From Podarcis tiliguerta (Eukaryota), in assembly GCA_965153285.1 (NCBI GenBank), contig OZ229111.1: a stretch of DNA of 64,000 nucleotides; one strand, written 5' to 3'. A model generated the notes under the pieces. It was not told where the DNA came from, searched no databases, and saw nothing but the letters and a program-made list of their open reading frames with translations. Shown piece by piece: positions 61,369-64,000 of this stretch. Positions within the stretch are counted from its first letter, which is position 1, and the number at the start of each line of letters is the position of its first letter. The position numbers and the translations under genes were made by a program.

Positions 61369-62441
61369 GTAAGGCAACTTAGTGTGATTGATAACACTGT
61401 GGCAGGCAGGGCTCCAGGATTCTGTGCTCAAATAAATATTTGCAGAGCATGGCAGTTGTAGAATTCCCGCAGACTTAACAGTTGCAAGGGGAACCGGAAA
61501 AAATGTTGCCAGCTGAAAGATTTGAACTTGTGCTAATGTCCAATGGCGGCCAGCACCCAGCACCTCTTGAAATCAATTATTACATTGTGTAGCATTAGCT
61601 GCTGGCTGTCAATGCTAACAACATTGTGGAGGGGCACTGGGTGGTATCCAACTAATACTTGTTTCATCAGTGCAAGGATTTCTGCTTGTGCGACAAAATA
61701 GATTCTGAGGTTTCTCCAAACCCTCCAGAGCAGATTTGGGCAGTGTTTGTGGCACTAACAGGGAACTTCTATTGTATAAGCAGAAATCCTTGCACTGGCA
61801 TAATGAGTTAGTTGGATACCGCCCTCTAGCTGAAAGGTAGAGCACTTGTTTTACATGTGGAAGATGCCCTGATCTCTGGCAACTCCAGTTAAAAGGATCA
61901 GGTACCAAGTGATGGGACCCTGGAAAACTCCTACCTGTCAGAGCAGATCATTCTGGCAAGAGTGTGTTCCTTTAACATTCATTCACATAGCCAGAAACAA
62001 CAGCAAGAGAAACTAAAGTGATTACATGCAGGGATTAGTGTTTGCAGACCGAAACATTTGCTTTAACAAAAATAATTATAATTTTTGCTGCAGTTGCTAT
62101 TAACAAGTCCATCTTAAGTGTGACTATTTTCTGCTTTCTACTCAATAAACCCTCACGATGTTGTTTTATAAGTGAACTAGTAAGGAATTCTGCATTAGAT
62201 AGATGCAAGGTCTCCTCCCTGCAGTACCTCTGTAGCATCAGCCATACATTTTGGAACTGGTAGCAGTAGTGATTTTAATGTGATTTCAGTAAGTAAAATT
62301 GTTTGAATACCACCCCTTATTTTTACTTTGCCCATTGGCCTCTCATACTCTCAGTTGCTACCCTATCTTCACATGCGTACCTGAAAGATTTGCTTTTTGA
62401 ATGTGTAAGGGTACAAATTACACTTCCTGACCTCAGAAAAA

Positions 62442-62468
62442 ACACACACACACACACACACACACACA
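62442..62468. repeat. (CA)n microsatellite
   Basis: Seen directly in the sequence. Confidence 0.9.
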
Positions 62469-63163
62469 TTTCTGCATGGTTGGTTAATCTGGCCATGTCT
62501 TTGACTAGGCAAGTCTAGAGCAGTGATGCATTCAGGCACACGGTGGGCAGCCTCTTCTGCAGTAAGTCATTCAGCAGCACACACTACACACCAGGAGCTC
62601 ATTAATAATCCTATTGCACCCAATGCAGAAACACTGCCAAACTGATTAGCCATCTCCAGCAGAGGCCAAGTAGAAGGGAGTCCAGGCGAGAGTGGTGAAC
62701 TGTACAGAGCCACAGCAGACAGCCTCCTCTATGAACTCACAAGAGCTATTCATTGATTTATTGACTGATTGATTGGTACATTCCTTGTGGCACACTAGCA
62801 GTTTTCTCAGGCATGTAATTTTGGGATGATAATAATAAGGTATAACAAACAACTAAAAAAAAAGTGTGATGTTTCCAACAGAAGAACTTTCTGAGAGTGA
62901 GATGCCTTGAAATAAGCTTTGCTGGGAAAAGTTTGAGAGAAAAATTATGCCAACAAATCTCTGTTCCTGAACAATTTGAAATATCTGCAGTTATATTCTA
63001 ATGGAATAAATGTGTAAGAGTGGGGATTCAGTTTCCCAAGAGTGGGGCTGGGGCAGAGGGGATTGTTTCAGACATTTGGTTTAGAAAGAAATGGCAGTCT
63101 GCATGCTTAAGGCTTGTGATGACAACTAATTCCTAAGTCGTCTTTTCCTCTTCCCTTTCCTAG

Positions 63164-63287
63164 ATTCCGTGTGATATGCAATAAAATAATTACTCACAAG
63201 ATGTTTGATCATGTCGTTTTGGTAATCATCTTTCTGAATTGCATCACCATTGCGATGGAACGTCCCAAAATTGAGCCACACAGTGCT
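63164..63287 (+). CDS. CACNA1G: Cav3.1 exon ~19: domain III S1 ([42 protein letters not shown])
   Basis: tcctag|a and gct|gtgagt; 124 nt, phase 2 to 0. Confidence 0.95.
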
Positions 63288-63821
63288 GTGAGTAGTCGCC
63301 AAGCCTCATTGCTTCCTGATGGTTACCAACTTGCTGAGCAAATCAAGCTGTATTCTTAGCAATGTCTGCTCTTGCCTTCAGTCTCTTTAGCCATGGTGTT
63401 GGGAGGGGGCTAATCTCAGCTGGTTAAAGGTGAATGCATGCATTTAAGTTAAAAAACTGGGTCTTGTACTAGTTTTACCAAGAGATCAAAGCACCTGTGG
63501 GCAATCACCTCAGCACACCCTCTCTCTTTGGTGATCTAGAGATGATTCTATTTCATGAACAGCCTGAAGTCTGCTGCAGTTTCCCTGCAGCTTTTGTAAC
63601 ATCACGAAAAAGTAACACTGGAAGAATGAATACAGTTCCTCAAGGAGAAAACTTCCTTTTTCAACATCACTTGCAGAATTTTGCTTTATGCAACCTTAAG
63701 AGGCTTGTGGCACCATAAAGCCTTTCACTGACTAGAGCCCACTTCATTGGATGCATCACTATGAATTGTCACAGGAAGTACTTTCTGCATTCTATTGCCA
63801 TATGTCTCTAGCTTTAACTTA

Positions 63822-64000
63822 CCGTATTTTTCGCTCTATTGGATGCACCGGACCATAGGACGCACCGGACCATAGGAGGGGGAGAACAGGGAAAAAATAT
63901 TTTTTCCTTGTTCTCCCCCTGTAAAACAAGGTGCGTTCAAGGTGCATTCACCCGAGCCTATGGAGCTGTTCCGTCTCGCTGTTCTGCCCTCCGTCTCGCT
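63822..64000. mobile_element. Left end of a Tc1/mariner-superfamily (Tc2-like) DNA element running off the window
   Basis: ta|ccgtatttttcgc terminus, subterminal tandem gcaccggaccatagga repeats, CpG-rich. Confidence 0.7.

Noticed and set aside
2596-63287. CACNA1H or CACNA1I as the gene identity
   Set aside because: The loop motifs [34 protein letters not shown] and [11 protein letters not shown] match recalled Cav3.1 rather than its paralogues.
1000-63718. Most short ORFs in the six-frame track
   Set aside because: They are intronic, antisense to real exons, repeat-derived or N-filled, and show no recognisable homology. Only the CACNA1G exon frames and LINE remnants are supported.

Overview
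Vertebrate genomic DNA, most likely from a lacertid lizard, judged by the repeat content (Sauria SINE, Bov-B, CR1-tailed tRNA SINE, Squam3-like SINE). The whole window lies inside the T-type calcium channel gene CACNA1G (Cav3.1) on the + strand. I traced 11 coding exons with canonical AG/GT borders and compatible phases, corresponding to exons 9-19 by recalled human numbering. They run from the end of the I-II loop through domain II and the II-III loop to domain III S1. Four exons are missing from the ORF track in their coding frame: exons 10, 14, 15 and 18. The introns contain LINE, SINE and MITE relics and microsatellites. A 200-N gap sits between two apparently identical 3.9-kb copies, probably a false duplication. 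I found no convincing new gene system. The best leads are splicing-related: a 221-nt AG-exclusion zone plus Nova/Rbfox/PTB-like motifs around the cassette exon 14, a recursive-splice-type AG|GTGAGC start of exon 17, and candidate micro-exons in the 38-kb intron. An 80-bp near-perfect mariner-type hairpin is also notable.
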